A stretch of DNA of 64,000 bases from Sedimentisphaerales bacterium (GCA_963663805.2 CAXXMR010000019.1:160001-224000); one strand, 5' to 3'; counted from the stretch's first letter, positions 9,907 through 21,435 are shown. Notes: generated by a model from the sequence alone, not told the origin. Numbers and translations: made by a program.

Positions 9907-11194
9907 TTAGAAGCTGTAGCGCAGTGATGCGTAAATATTGGTATTGCGGTGAAACTGCCCAAAAAAAGTATGATTATAATCACCGACGAAAACATTCAGC
10001 CCGCTTTCTACAGTCACATGGTCATTGACTTTGTAATTTACTTGCGGCCGGGCGTAAAGGTCGCTGTCCGAAGGTGAATAATAGGTGAAGAAGCTCAGCA
10101 TCAGGTTCTGGTTCATCAGCAGGCGGGTCAGTCGTAGCGTAAGCAGATGGCGGAACTCGTCCCGCGATTTCATCCCCGGAGCCAATTGCTGATAGTAATT
10201 ATCGTAATTAATCATCTGCTCTACGTAATATTGTACACCGCCGGTAAAATTCTTCGCTATCTCCTGGCTATAGCCCAGTAGGTAGCGTATTTCCGAGTTC
10301 TTGCGGGTCGGGTCATTGCCGCTTTCATTGTCGGCGGACTGATAATAACCAATTTCCGCATTGCCGATGCCCTTGCCCACCGGCCCACGCAGGCTGCTGC
10401 CGTAAACGTTCAGGTCAGGATACAACGCCTGGCCCTGGTTGTCAAATCCCGCCGGACTTTTCCAAAAGCCCCGATAGCCGTATAACGCCAGCTCATAACT
10501 TTCAATATTACGATACAGCCGCCAGGCCAGTTCGTAATCACGGAACCAGTCGTTAGGACGGTCGGTGTGAATCACGTCATTTTCGCCAGCGTAATCCCCT
10601 CGAAAAGGACTGTAATAGCTGATGCGTTCGCCGCTGATATAGCGGTCCGGGTCGAAACGCGGCGTGAAAATCACGTCTAAATTCATCAAGTCATGGAAAT
10701 AACTGACTTTGGCTGCGTCCGAAGGAGCCTTGAGATATTCCGTATCGCGACCATTAAAAAACGAAACCCAATCTTTAGGGAACAGGTCATTAATGAACAC
10801 CAAATCCCCCGTGCCCCAGGTGAGAATTTGCCGCCCAACCTTAATATCCATGCTCTCCAGCGGAATCAGCACATTGCCTTCCCGACATGTCATAATGAAA
10901 ATCTTCCGTGACCAGGTCGCCGTAGATGTCGCCTTTGTATTTCAGGTCGAAAAGCTCCTGCCGGGAAAAAATATCGACTTGCAGGCGGCTTTCCATAATG
11001 GACATATCTTTTTCATGCCGGTCATTGATAATCCGCCAGCCCGACCGACCTTCTACGAAACCGTGCGTTTCAAACGGTAAGTCTTCCGTCCAGCCGCTAA
11101 CACTATCCCAAAAATTTTCACCTTCATTTTCTGCCGAAAATACGTAACTGCACAGCAGCAGGACCAGCGCCCCGCAAAAGAAATTTTTTTTCAT
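9907..11194 (-). CDS. Outer-membrane beta-barrel protein (DUF1302-like), split by a +1 frameshift near 10885
   Basis: ORFs 10841-11194 and 9907-10893 join as ...DFHYDM-REGNVL...GRQILTWGTGD; signal peptide; C-terminal YSF. Confidence 0.75.
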
Positions 11195-12030
11195 CGTACC
11201 GCCTCCCGCGGGGGGCGCCGCAAATAACGTTCCGAGAAAATATCCTGCAAATCAATATCGTATTTAACATCACTGAATTTCATTTCGGTCGTGCTTTTCT
11301 TGCTCAGATCCGTTACCCGCGAGAGCATGACCGTGGGATAGCCCTGCACATCTTCAATCTTAAGGGCCTCAATTTTGCGATAGAATTTACCGTTCTTGTC
11401 GAAATATTCCATCTTGACCGGCATGAAGTTTTTCTTGTCGATATGCACCAGATAATAATCAAACTCGATATTGTCGGTTTGTTTGGGTTTGTTCCTGATT
11501 ACGAAATATTTATCGTTGGTCTCAACCAGTTCATGTTCATCTTCCTGCAAACTCCTGCCCGAAACATCTTCATAGAGGAAGTCCGAACCGACAAAGCTCG
11601 TCCGTTTATCACCCGCGGCGATGCGTTTGACCAAATCCAATGCCGGCATATAAAGATACCGGTCATCGTCCTGTTTGACGTCCGCGTGTTTGAGTACCAT
11701 AAACACCATAGCCCGCACGTCGGCGGGTTTCTGGAAATAAACATAATAATTCTGGTCGCTGCCGTCTGCCACATCCTTACGCAGAATAATAAACTCCCGC
11801 GTCCGCACATTTTTTGCCGAACCATCCGGCGTATTACCCTGAGCATCCATCTGGTCATAAGCCGTAATCGTCATCTCAACCTTGGCCTTGCCGTCCGCGC
11901 CCTGATAATATGCCATTACGTTGGCCTTGTTGATAATCGTGTCCACATCCGGCGTATCACCGCCGGCTCCCCATAAAACCCCCGCCCCCAGCATCAACAT
12001 CATAATCGCTATTCGCGGTTTCATAATCAT
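11191..12030 (-). CDS. Outer-membrane lipoprotein-sorting (LolA-like) protein
   Basis: DDRYLYMPALDLVKRIA...SFVGSDFLYED motif; signal peptide. Confidence 0.85.
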   Translation of the reverse strand: MIMKPRIAIMMLMLGAGVLWGAGGDTPDVDTIINKANVMAYYQGADGKAKVEMTITAYDQMDAQGNTPDGSAKNVRTREFIILRKDVADGSDQNYYVYFQKPADVRAMVFMVLKHADVKQDDDRYLYMPALDLVKRIAAGDKRTSFVGSDFLYEDVSGRSLQEDEHELVETNDKYFVIRNKPKQTDNIEFDYYLVHIDKKNFMPVKMEYFDKNGKFYRKIEALKIEDVQGYPTVMLSRVTDLSKKSTTEMKFSDVKYDIDLQDIFSERYLRRPPREAVR

Positions 12031-12075
12031 TACCTCTTTACGTGTTGTTATCCCACTATCTTTTTTTGAGTATTG

Positions 12076-12131
12076 TTTCGTATTTCTATATTCGTCTTTC
12101 GGATTTAGACTTTGGTGCTTAGGATTTCATT
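12076..12131 (+). repeat. Degenerate 7-bp tandem repeat (8 units, consensus about TTTCGGA)
   Basis: tttcgta tttctat attcgtc tttcgga tttagac tttggtg cttagga tttcatt. Confidence 0.7.
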
Positions 12132-12160
12132 CAGTTCTGTTCTTGTTCCTTGTAAATTAT

Positions 12161-15003
12161 TCACTTATTACTGGTCCTACACGCCTTCCGCCGCGACATC
12201 ACCCCCGCAGGCCAGTGCCGCCACCGGTATCACCGCGGCGCTTATCCAGGCCAGCTTCGACCAGCCCACCATCGCATACTGATGAATATTTAACGCGACC
12301 AGCAGCACAATTGCCAGAGAAATTACCACACAAAAACCGCAGTTGCAGCTTGCCGCCGCCGGTTCGATTTCCGTACGGAAAAGATAACGCTCCGCCACTT
12401 TCAGTAATGACGGCAGTACCAGCAATGTCACTGCCCCCGATAGGCCCATAATCGCACAAAGAAAAATACCGACCGTCTTATAAGGCATCAGCGGTGCTGC
12501 CAGCAGCGGCAGAAAACCTATCGCGATGACCAGCACATTACGGGTGATTGCCCGCGCCGGCTCACCAAACATATCGCCCGCGGCATTCGACCACGAACCA
12601 TATTTGCGATAACTGCTCCGCGAGCGTTCCAGGAAATGTATCGCGAAATCAACCGCCATGCCCAGCGTCAGCGAACTCAACACCGCCACCGGCATATCAT
12701 AATCCTTGCCCGCCAGCCCGATGATACCATAAATCATCGCAATGGTAATCGTCAGCGGCACCATGCACACGACACCCCACCATATCGAGCGGAACAGCAA
12801 CGCCATCATTATAAACACCACCAGAAAACTGCCCAGAAAAGATTGCAGCATCCCCGAAACCATCTTATCCTGCCAGACCGTATTGATATACGTCAGCCCC
12901 CGCCCAGCGATATTGCAATGCCACCGGCGACGGATTCTCAGCCATAAAACCATCGACCGCCGCGATGACCTTGTTCATGTCCATATTATCGCCGCTGGTA
13001 AGCTGACACCAGATATTCGCCCGCATGTAGTCCGGCGTGACCAGATGCCATAAATCATCCGGTTTGTGACTGCTCTGATATTGCAGCAGTGACTGAGCCA
13101 CTGCCTGGAAGGTGTCCGGCACCCGATAATTTTCCGGCGAACCGTCGACAAGCTCCTGATAAACTTTCTTGGCCACGTCTGCGACCGAACTGCTCTTGCC
13201 GACCAGCGTGCGACCATCGCTTTTTATCGTTAGTAAATATTGCTGGAGCTTCTCCAGATAACGCAGCACTTCCGGTTGTTTAAACAGCTTGAGTCGTTCC
13301 TTTTCCAAATCAAAAAAGTCCGCCGCTTCATACCAGCCGTCCGCCGTCTTGCCGCTGCTGCTGTCCATCTGCTTTAACGCGTATTCATTCAGGCTTGCCA
13401 GAAGTGCTTCTTTGTCCTCGGCGGTCCCTGCCTTTTCCTGTAAAGTTTTTAACGCCTGCTCAAATACGCTTTTCGCTTCGGGCAGTTCACTTACCAGTTC
13501 AGCCTGTTTTGTCTGCAAACGAAAAGCCAGGGCGTCCCGGAAATTATCATCCACCTTTCCGCCGCTCGCTTCGTCCAGCACCAGATACGCCATGTACGTT
13601 CCCCCGAAATGCTCGTTCAGCACCTTGTCCGCGACGCGAATCGGATGGCTGGACGCGAACCATTTTACCGGATTGTCATTAATGCGAATCTGCGTAATTC
13701 CATAAACCGCCCCGGCGGTAATGAGTACCATCAAGCCAATAATCACCTTGGCCCGGCTCACCGTCAAACCGCCCACAGCTTGCAGGAACCGTCCCAACCG
13801 CCCCTGCTCTTCGCCATGATGAGCGGTGGCCCCAAAATTCACCAGTTTCTTTTCCGGGATGAACATCACATAAGCCGGCACGAAAATAATCGTCCACAAC
13901 CAGGCAATGCCGATACCCAATGCGACAAACACACCAAAAACCTGTACCGGAGGAATCGGCGTCAATGCCAGAGAAAGAAAACCCGCCGCCGAGGTCAGAG
14001 AAGTATAAAGCATCGGCACAAACAAATCTTTCATCACTTCGACCATCGTCTGCTGCCGACCTTTTTCCGGCGTATAAAGGTCGAAGAACAATGACAGTAT
14101 ATGCACCGAATCCACCACCGCGATAGGCATCAGAAAAATCGGAATCATCGAGCTCATGATATGCACCGGATAGCCCAGCCCGATGAGAATCCCCATCGTC
14201 GAAATTACCGTAACCATCGCCACAATCATCGGTGAAATTACCAGTATCAGCTTACGGAAGAATATCAGCATAAGAACAAAAATCGTCAGCATCGCCAGCG
14301 GCGCCGAAATCGCCATCTGCACAAACATCTCCATCCCGAAGGTATCTTCCGCTACCGGCAGACCCGTAATATAAAAACTTTCCGGCCCGGAATACTCCGC
14401 GATTTTCTTGTTCAGCTCTTTATAGACCCGATAGCTCTGGTCCTTACTCGTCAGCGGCAGATACAAACACAATGCCAAGGCGTCCTCACTCACCAGTGTA
14501 CCCTTGAGCAGCGGATTGGATAGAACCCGGTCCCGCATCTCCAACGCTTCCTCGCGATTAGCTGGCGGTTCAGGCATCAGCCATTCAAACTTGACCACTC
14601 CCGGTCCGCCCTGCTCGATGTGGTCGATCTCCGAAGGCGCTATCATATCGCCCGGCACCACCCCCACGCTGATTTCCGGCTGTTCATCGCCCGGCCATTG
14701 CAGCTGCTTGGCAAACTCCGTCAGTTCGTAAACTTTCCTCAGCGAATCCGGATTGAACACCCCGTCGGGATTTTCCTCGTTGACCACGCCCAGCACCAGC
14801 ATATCGCTCAGATCGAACGCGTTTTTGGTCTCGTCGTGAAAAACCCGCACCGGCTCATCTTCCCGCAGCATATTTTCCGGGTCCGTATCAACCCGAATCA
14901 TAGGAATCAGAGCCCCCAGCCCCAGCGTAATAACCACCAGAGCCAAGGTTACCACCTTATAATGTTTCAGCGAAAACCGGGTTACTTTTTGTTCAATATC
15001 CAT
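12161..15003 (-). CDS. MMPL/RND-family transporter, split by +1 frameshifts at 12897-12901 and probably 12202-12206
   Basis: Two RND repeats (PIAVVDSVH; GMAVDFAIHF). Removing one G gives YRWAG-LTYINT, and removing another gives a C-terminus ACGVMSRRKACRTSNK*. Confidence 0.85.
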
Positions 15004-15034
15004 ATACCTGCCCTCAATTTACATTGTTAGCCAA

Positions 15035-15307
15035 AATTTAATCACGGATAACCCGGCCCACTCGGACAACCGGTTACATCTATTGTAACTCTGGCAGAGC
15101 CGATAGGCAAATTATCCCGATTATTTTGTAACCGTTCACAGTGTATCGCGAGGGTGTGTTGCTCAAACAAGAACCGAGCCGCGTAAGCGGCCGGATCGAA
15201 CCCCAAAACCCGTCCAGATAGTCCAGCCTGTCCAGTAAGTCCATAATGTCCCTCCTGTCCATAAATCCTTTGCCGTTAAAGACCCTGAAGGGGCGAAAGA
15301 AAACTAA
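15035..15307 (+). repeat. Composite intergenic repeat locus (+ orientation) with six 9-bp GTCCnnnnn units and a 30-bp hairpin module
   Basis: 9-mers at 15212-15265; GCCGTT at 15272; module 15278-15307 is 28/30 identical to 51020-51049; 15172-15194 resembles 53602-53624. Confidence 0.75.
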
Positions 15308-15353
15308 CCGTGTTTTGTATTTCAGGCTGGAAATGTGTTACAAACGTTCAGGC

Positions 15354-16685
15354 TCATCGTCGCGTCAGAGTCGCTACCAGATTTTCCAGAATCATTTTGG
15401 TTTTGTCGTCGTTCTGACGCAGCTTATCAATCGTGCGACAGGCGTGCATAACCGTGGTATGGTCCCGACCGCCGAAATGACCGCCGATTTCTTCCAGGCT
15501 GTGGTTGGTCAGGTCGCGGGCCAGGAACATGCACATCTGCCGCGGAAAAGCGATGCTGCGGTTACGACGCTTGCCCTGCAAATCACTCAAACGCACATTG
15601 AACTGTCCCGTTACCGCGTCAATAATCTGGGAAACCGTCACCTGATACAAAGGTGTGCGGGGTTCTTCACCCAGGGCCTGGCGAGCCAACTCCAGCGTAA
15701 TATCGCCGCTGTCGAGCATAGCCATACCGTAAACTTTCGTCAGAGCGCCTTCCAGTTCGCGGGTGTTGTTCTCAACCTTGCGGGCGATGAAGCTGATTAC
15801 GTCTTCCGGCAGGTCAATACCCCTCATTAGGGCTTTTTTACGCACAATTGCCATTCGGGTTTCATAGCACGGTTTATCAATCCGCGTTACCAGACCCTGG
15901 CTGAAACGACTGACCAGCCGATCCTCAAGATGCGGAATTTCCGAAGGCGGACAATCTGCCGACAGAATAATCTGTTTGCCGGCCTGATAGAGTGTATTAA
16001 AGGTATGAAAAAATTCTTCCTGAGAGCGCTCTCGTTCGGAGAGAAACTGGATGTCGTCGATAACCAGCATATCCGAATGGCGATACGTATAACGAAAATC
16101 GTAAAGATTACCTTCCTCAACCGCACGCATAAAGTCGTTCACGAAAGTCTCGCAGGACATATACTTGATATTCAGATTCGCATCACGTTTCAGGGCGGTC
16201 TGGCAGGTGGCCTGCATCAGATGGGTCTTGCCCAGCCCCACCGAGCCGTGTACGAACAGCGGATTGTAAGCCTTGCCCAACGCCTCGCTGACAGCCACAC
16301 AGGTAGCATGGCTGAGTCGGTTACTGGGTCCGACCACGAAATTCTCGAAAGTGTAATCCGGGCTGAAAAACAGGCTTTCGCCCATCGTATTAGAGATTTT
16401 TTTGGGCAGCGGCCGTAGGGGGACAATTAGTTCGGGTTCGTTGCTGAGGACGTATTCTACGCTGACCAGATAGCCGGTCTCCTGCTGAGCTGCCGCGACG
16501 ATACTGCTGTTGCACATTTGTTTAAGATATTGCTGCCGCGAATGGTCCGGCACGGTGATTCGCAATACCCCATTTTCCAGATTTACCGGCCCGAGATCCT
16601 GAAACCAGCCCCGCCAGAATTCACTGTGGTTGCGTTTGAGGTGAGACAATATCCGGTCCCAAATGTCGGTCAGGACATCGGTCAT
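15354..16685 (-). CDS. dnaA: Chromosomal replication initiator DnaA
   Basis: YTFENFVVG, YNPLFVHGSVGLGKTHL, IDDIQF, RELEGAL, GGRDHTTV; start placed at MTDVLTDIW. Confidence 0.97.
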   Translation of the reverse strand: MTDVLTDIWDRILSHLKRNHSEFWRGWFQDLGPVNLENGVLRITVPDHSRQQYLKQMCNSSIVAAAQQETGYLVSVEYVLSNEPELIVPLRPLPKKISNTMGESLFFSPDYTFENFVVGPSNRLSHATCVAVSEALGKAYNPLFVHGSVGLGKTHLMQATCQTALKRDANLNIKYMSCETFVNDFMRAVEEGNLYDFRYTYRHSDMLVIDDIQFLSERERSQEEFFHTFNTLYQAGKQIILSADCPPSEIPHLEDRLVSRFSQGLVTRIDKPCYETRMAIVRKKALMRGIDLPEDVISFIARKVENNTRELEGALTKVYGMAMLDSGDITLELARQALGEEPRTPLYQVTVSQIIDAVTGQFNVRLSDLQGKRRNRSIAFPRQMCMFLARDLTNHSLEEIGGHFGGRDHTTVMHACRTIDKLRQNDDKTKMILENLVATLTRR

Positions 16686-17013
16686 CTGATGCGTTCCCTT
16701 CACGTCTATCGCCTTTCGCGGCGCTGATTCACTTTCGCGGCGTTTAACCTGCAAACGCTCTGTTAAATAATGATACAACCGGTCTGCCGAGCCCTGAAAC
16801 GCAGGCGCAAATCACCCGCTTTGTCTAAATAGACAACTTCACAGCCTGACCCTCCGTAGTCACGGCCGCTCTAATCCATCAGAGCGTACTGCAAACGAAA
16901 ACCAGACCAGGAACGGTCCGGGCAAAAGGTTGTATTACATCCAACTCCCGACAATTATTTCAATTGCCTGAACACCCCGGCGACTTATTTTTATGGCCTC
17001 AAGTGTTAAGAGA

Positions 17014-17042
17014 ATTCTAACTAACATGGAACCAACTGTCAA
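17014..17042 (-). promoter_or_regulatory. sigma70-like promoter of dnaA
   Basis: Minus strand TTGACA-17bp-TAGAAT. Confidence 0.65.
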
Positions 17043-17170
17043 CGCAAAACGTTCCCAGTTTTCTCTGCCGACGATTATCAGGCTGGCTATCTGGTATAAG
17101 ATGCAATAATTCAATATCTTACATCGTTCCCGGCAATCTCAGGCGTTTGGCTTGGTATTCCATTTAAGGT

Positions 17171-17199
17171 TTGACTTCAAGGCCCGCTAGCTTTAGCAT
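17171..17199 (+). promoter_or_regulatory. sigma70-like promoter of the metallophosphoesterase-yidC-mnmE unit
   Basis: TTGACT-17bp-TAGCAT. Confidence 0.5.
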
Positions 17200-17288
17200 T
17201 TACCAACTGTAGCCCGGCCATAATAAGCAGATTTGGGGCTGAAAAATGAGTTAAACGACCGAACGTATTGCAGGATAACGATATACTG

Positions 17289-18041
17289 ATGTATGCCATC
17301 ATTTCTGATATTCATTCCAATTTAGCTGCGCTGGAAGCGGTTTTGGCTGACATTGACCAGCGGGGCGTCAAGGAAATTTTCTGTCTGGGTGATGTGGTTG
17401 GCTATGGTCCCCAACCCCGCGAGTGCCTGGACCTGATTGTTCAACGGGGGATTATGGGCATTCTGGGTAATCACGACCAGGCGGTGTTTTATGAACCGAC
17501 CAATTTTAATGTCGGGGCTGAAAGAGCTAGCTACTGGACCCGCCAGTGCCTGGAGGAAGAAACCGACCTCAAAAAACGCAATGAACGCTGGGCGTTTTTG
17601 GGCCGGCTTTCGGTGAGGATTCAGATGGGTGATGTGCTGATGGTCCACGGTTCACCCCGTCGGCCGGTAAGCGAGTACATTTTTCCCGACGATATTTATA
17701 CCAATACCGCCAAGATTTCTTCTATCTTCGAAAGAGTAAACCACTTATGTTTCGTGGGGCACACGCATGTGCCGGGGGTTTTTCTGGATGACCCGGATTT
17801 TTACAGTGTGGACGAGCTGGATTATGTGTACCCGGTTTGTGCCGAAGAGCGGGCGATTATCAATGTCGGTAGTGTGGGTCAGCCTCGCGACCAGGATACC
17901 CGCTCCAGCTATGTGGTAGTTACCGACGAAAAAATCGAGTTCGTGAGAATCGAATACGATATTGAAGACACTGTGGCCAAAATTTTCGCCAATCCCGCTC
18001 TGGATGATTTCGAGGGCAAGCGTCTGCGGGAAGGCCGCTAA
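17289..18041 (+). CDS. Calcineurin-like metallophosphoesterase
   Basis: SDIHSN, LGDVVGYG, GNHD, HGSP, GHTH, NVGSVGQPRD. Confidence 0.92.
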   Translation: MYAIISDIHSNLAALEAVLADIDQRGVKEIFCLGDVVGYGPQPRECLDLIVQRGIMGILGNHDQAVFYEPTNFNVGAERASYWTRQCLEEETDLKKRNERWAFLGRLSVRIQMGDVLMVHGSPRRPVSEYIFPDDIYTNTAKISSIFERVNHLCFVGHTHVPGVFLDDPDFYSVDELDYVYPVCAEERAIINVGSVGQPRDQDTRSSYVVVTDEKIEFVRIEYDIEDTVAKIFANPALDDFEGKRLREGR

Positions 18042-18103
18042 CGCGGCGCGGTTTGTGATATTTTCTGACCTAAATTCATAAATACTTACCTGACAGGATA
18101 CTA

Positions 18104-20140
18104 ATGGACAAGGACGATATAAAAAGAATGATAACCGCTTTCGTGGTTTGCATGGTCATTATGCTGGGCTGGCAATATTTCGCGGGCGACAAAAATAAAC
18201 TCGCTCCGCCCAGTCCTGATTCACAGGCGACCCCAGCCCAGGATGGCGAACCACTAAGCGGCGTCAGTGAAACGCCTGAGCCTGTCAAGAGTGCCGCCCC
18301 AGCCGAAATCAAAGCTGCCACCGGTACAAACTGGCGGGTTATGCCGGTGGAAACCACTGATTTGGAACTTCTAATCGGCAGTCGTATCAAGGAAACCGGT
18401 GGTTACAAAGCGGAAATCCAGCTTGATAACGCCACCGCTTCGGTTCGTCAGGTGATGTTAAGTGAGTATAAATGGAAAGTTACGGACAAAGAAACCGGCT
18501 ATCCGCTGCTCAACCCCGCCCAGACCGGCCGGGGACGCGAAGTCCTCTCTTTCATGTTCGGTACAATGAAGCTCAAGGGCCGCAGCGAGGTTTTTGACCT
18601 TTCCAAAGGGGTCTGGCAGGTTACTGACAGCTCTGACGATGAAACTGTTACGGTGACTTATACCGCGTCAATTGTCGATGAGAACGCTAATTCCATGCTG
18701 GATGTGATTAAAGAATACAGTTACCAGCGGGATAATTACGAAATGGGTTTCGATATTCGTTTTGTGAATCATAGCGATGAGCCCATCGAAGTTTCAGAAT
18801 TGGAATTTATCGGCCCGGTCGGTCCGCTGCGTGAAGACCCTCGTACCGATTTGCGGGCGGTAACTGCCGCTTATTTATCAGGTTCCGGCACTTTGAAGAC
18901 CGAACGCACCATGCTGTCCAAGGTCTCGCCGGGTGAAGCGATAGACCCGGTTGAGAAGCCCGCCGACGCGGTAGAAATGAATTGGTTTGCGGTGTCGAAC
19001 AAGTTTTTCGCGGCGGTTATGAGGCCTCAGCCGGTCGAAAGCGCCCAGCATGTGGATTATCTGGCCGGTAAAATGCTGCGAATAGTGCCGCTTTATCTGC
19101 CGGATGACGGCCTGGCCAGGATCGAAGCGAAAATTGACTCGTTCAGCGAAGTGACCAAGGTGATAACCCCGGAACCGCTAACTGCTGGCGATTCAATAAA
19201 TTATAATTTCAAGGTTTATCTGGGAGCTATTGATAAGCGGATTTTTGACGAGCCTTATTATGCCAATTTGGGTTACGAACATCTTATTCAGGCCAGTTCG
19301 TGTTTTTGTGCTTTGGACTGGATAACAGTGGTAATTCTGGGGCTGATGAACAGCATTTACGCCCTGATTCATAATTACGGGGTGGCGGTGATTGTGCTGG
19401 TGTTGCTGATGCGGCTGGTTCTGCATCCGATTACCAAAAAAAGCCAGATTTCCATGTCCAAGATGGGCAAGATTCAGCCCATGATTAAGGAATTGAACGA
19501 TAAATACGGCAATAACAAGGCTGAACTGAATCGTCGGACCATGGAACTCTATAAGGAGTATGGACTTAGCCAGTCGATGCTGCTGGGATGTCTGCCGATG
19601 TTTTTGCAGATGCCTATCTGGATTTCGCTTTATACAGCCGTTAATTCCAACGTTGCGCTGCGTCATCAGGGGCTTTTTCCGGCGAGTTGGCACTGGCTGA
19701 ATGACCTTTCGGCCCCTGACCGGCTGATACCATTTTCGGCATTTGGCGTGACCAGCCCGATTGATATTCCCATGATCGGTCCTATCGACGCTATCAACTT
19801 GCTGCCTATGCTTTTATGTGTGGCGATGTATTTGCAGATGAAGCTGTCGCCCCAGGCGGCGATGGGAGGTTCTAATCCTCAGGCAGCACAACAACAGGCG
19901 ATGATGAAATATATGATGCCGGTGATGATGCTGCTGTTCCTTTATACGGCTCCTTCGGGTTTGAATCTGTATATTATGGCAAGTACGTTCGCGGGGGTTT
20001 ATGAGCAGAAGCGGATACGTAAGCATATCGAACAGCAGGACGCCGCTGCGGTGGTGGGTACGGTGGCAACTACGGCGAAGGTCGGCAATAAGCTGGGTGA
20101 GAAGAAAAAGAAACCCAGGCCGCCGATACGGTATCAATAA
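18104..20140 (+). CDS. yidC: Membrane protein insertase YidC
   Basis: NYGVAVI, GCLPMFLQMPIW, WLNDLSAPD, PSGLNLY; large periplasmic domain. Confidence 0.95.
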   Translation: MDKDDIKRMITAFVVCMVIMLGWQYFAGDKNKLAPPSPDSQATPAQDGEPLSGVSETPEPVKSAAPAEIKAATGTNWRVMPVETTDLELLIGSRIKETGGYKAEIQLDNATASVRQVMLSEYKWKVTDKETGYPLLNPAQTGRGREVLSFMFGTMKLKGRSEVFDLSKGVWQVTDSSDDETVTVTYTASIVDENANSMLDVIKEYSYQRDNYEMGFDIRFVNHSDEPIEVSELEFIGPVGPLREDPRTDLRAVTAAYLSGSGTLKTERTMLSKVSPGEAIDPVEKPADAVEMNWFAVSNKFFAAVMRPQPVESAQHVDYLAGKMLRIVPLYLPDDGLARIEAKIDSFSEVTKVITPEPLTAGDSINYNFKVYLGAIDKRIFDEPYYANLGYEHLIQASSCFCALDWITVVILGLMNSIYALIHNYGVAVIVLVLLMRLVLHPITKKSQISMSKMGKIQPMIKELNDKYGNNKAELNRRTMELYKEYGLSQSMLLGCLPMFLQMPIWISLYTAVNSNVALRHQGLFPASWHWLNDLSAPDRLIPFSAFGVTSPIDIPMIGPIDAINLLPMLLCVAMYLQMKLSPQAAMGGSNPQAAQQQAMMKYMMPVMMLLFLYTAPSGLNLYIMASTFAGVYEQKRIRKHIEQQDAAAVVGTVATTAKVGNKLGEKKKKPRPPIRYQ

Positions 20141-20151
20141 TATTATCTGCT

Positions 20152-21435
20152 ATGTATTGCCCTGACGACACGGTAGCTGCGGTTAGTTCTCCGGCAGGTT
20201 TGGCGGGTCGGGGGGTGATACGGATATCGGGTTCCGATGCGTTAGTCATTGGCAGGGAGTTAGTTAAGGGGGGCCGGGTTCGGTTGGGCGAGGGGTTTTC
20301 TTGTGGGGGCGTCTGTTATGAATTTATTGGGCCGAGGAGCTATACCGGCGAGGATACGGTGGAACTTCATCTGCCTGGTTCGCCGGTTTTGCTGCAAATG
20401 GTTATGGGGCAGATAGTTGAGGCTGGGGCTCGCCTGGCGGAGGCGGGAGAGTTTACGGCGCGGGCATTTTTTAATGGCAGGATGGATTTAACGGAAGCTG
20501 AGGCGGTAGCGGAAGTTATATCCGCTCGGAGTGACGCGGAGCTGGCGGCAGCGGAGCGGCTTTTGGCGGGGGCGCTGCATGAGCGGTGCGGTAAACTGGC
20601 GGGGCGGCTGGCGGAGATATTGGGGCTGGTTGAGGCGGGGATTGATTTTAGTGAAGAAGAGATAGAATTCGCAAGTGCTGAAGAATTATTGAGTTATGTG
20701 CAGGAAGTTCGGGAGGCTCTGAGGCGGTTGCTGGAGGAAAGTTTGAGCTGGGAGGATTTACATGAATTGCCGCGGGTGGTTTTCGCCGGGGCAGCTAACG
20801 CTGGTAAGTCCAGTCTAGTAAATGCTTTACTTGGATTAGAGCGGAGCATTGTCAGCTCGATGGCTGGTACGACGCGGGATGTGCTGACGGCACCTTTGAG
20901 GCTGGCAGAAGGTGAGTGTTTATTGGTTGATACAGCGGGGCTGGGGGTGGTTGATGATGTGTTAGCTGCTGAAACACAAGAGGTTACGAAAAGTGAAGCG
21001 GCGGGTGCGGATTTACTGGTCTGGGTGATGGACGGCTCGAAAGAGCGGGCGGCGGAGGTGCCGGCAGGGGCGTTGGCGGTAGTTAATAAATCTGATATAT
21101 TACTGAAGTTACGTGTCGAAGGGGCGATTGTGGTTTCGGCTTTGACGGGGCAGGGAGTTGATAGACTCAAGGCGGAGATTGGGAGGCGGCTGGGTCTTAG
21201 AGGTGGTGAGGTCGGCGGGTCGGCGGTGGCACTTAACTTACGGCAGAGAAAGGCTTTAGAGGCTGGGCTGGAGCATCTGGGCGGGGCGGTTGAGAGGCTG
21301 GCCAGGGGGCGGGCGGATGAGATTCTGGCGGTTGAATTGAGGTCGGCGTTGGATGAACTGGGGACTGTGAGCGGGGCGATTGTCAGCGATGAGGTGCTGG
21401 GCGAGATATTCGGGCGGTTTTGTGTAGGTAAGTAA
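20152..21435 (+). CDS. mnmE: tRNA modification GTPase MnmE
   Basis: SYTGED, GEFTARAFFNGRMDL, GAANAGKSS, GTTRD, DTAG, NKSD, C-terminal FCVGK. Confidence 0.95.
   Translation: MYCPDDTVAAVSSPAGLAGRGVIRISGSDALVIGRELVKGGRVRLGEGFSCGGVCYEFIGPRSYTGEDTVELHLPGSPVLLQMVMGQIVEAGARLAEAGEFTARAFFNGRMDLTEAEAVAEVISARSDAELAAAERLLAGALHERCGKLAGRLAEILGLVEAGIDFSEEEIEFASAEELLSYVQEVREALRRLLEESLSWEDLHELPRVVFAGAANAGKSSLVNALLGLERSIVSSMAGTTRDVLTAPLRLAEGECLLVDTAGLGVVDDVLAAETQEVTKSEAAGADLLVWVMDGSKERAAEVPAGALAVVNKSDILLKLRVEGAIVVSALTGQGVDRLKAEIGRRLGLRGGEVGGSAVALNLRQRKALEAGLEHLGGAVERLARGRADEILAVELRSALDELGTVSGAIVSDEVLGEIFGRFCVGK

Noticed and set aside
15080..15262. 60-aa ORF MDRRDIMDLLDRLDYLD
   Set aside because: Merely the translation of the 9-bp repeat; no RBS or other support.
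16686..17288. Classical oriC with a DnaA-box cluster upstream of dnaA
   Set aside because: No TTATCCACA-like cluster found; the region is explained by divergent promoters and a leader.
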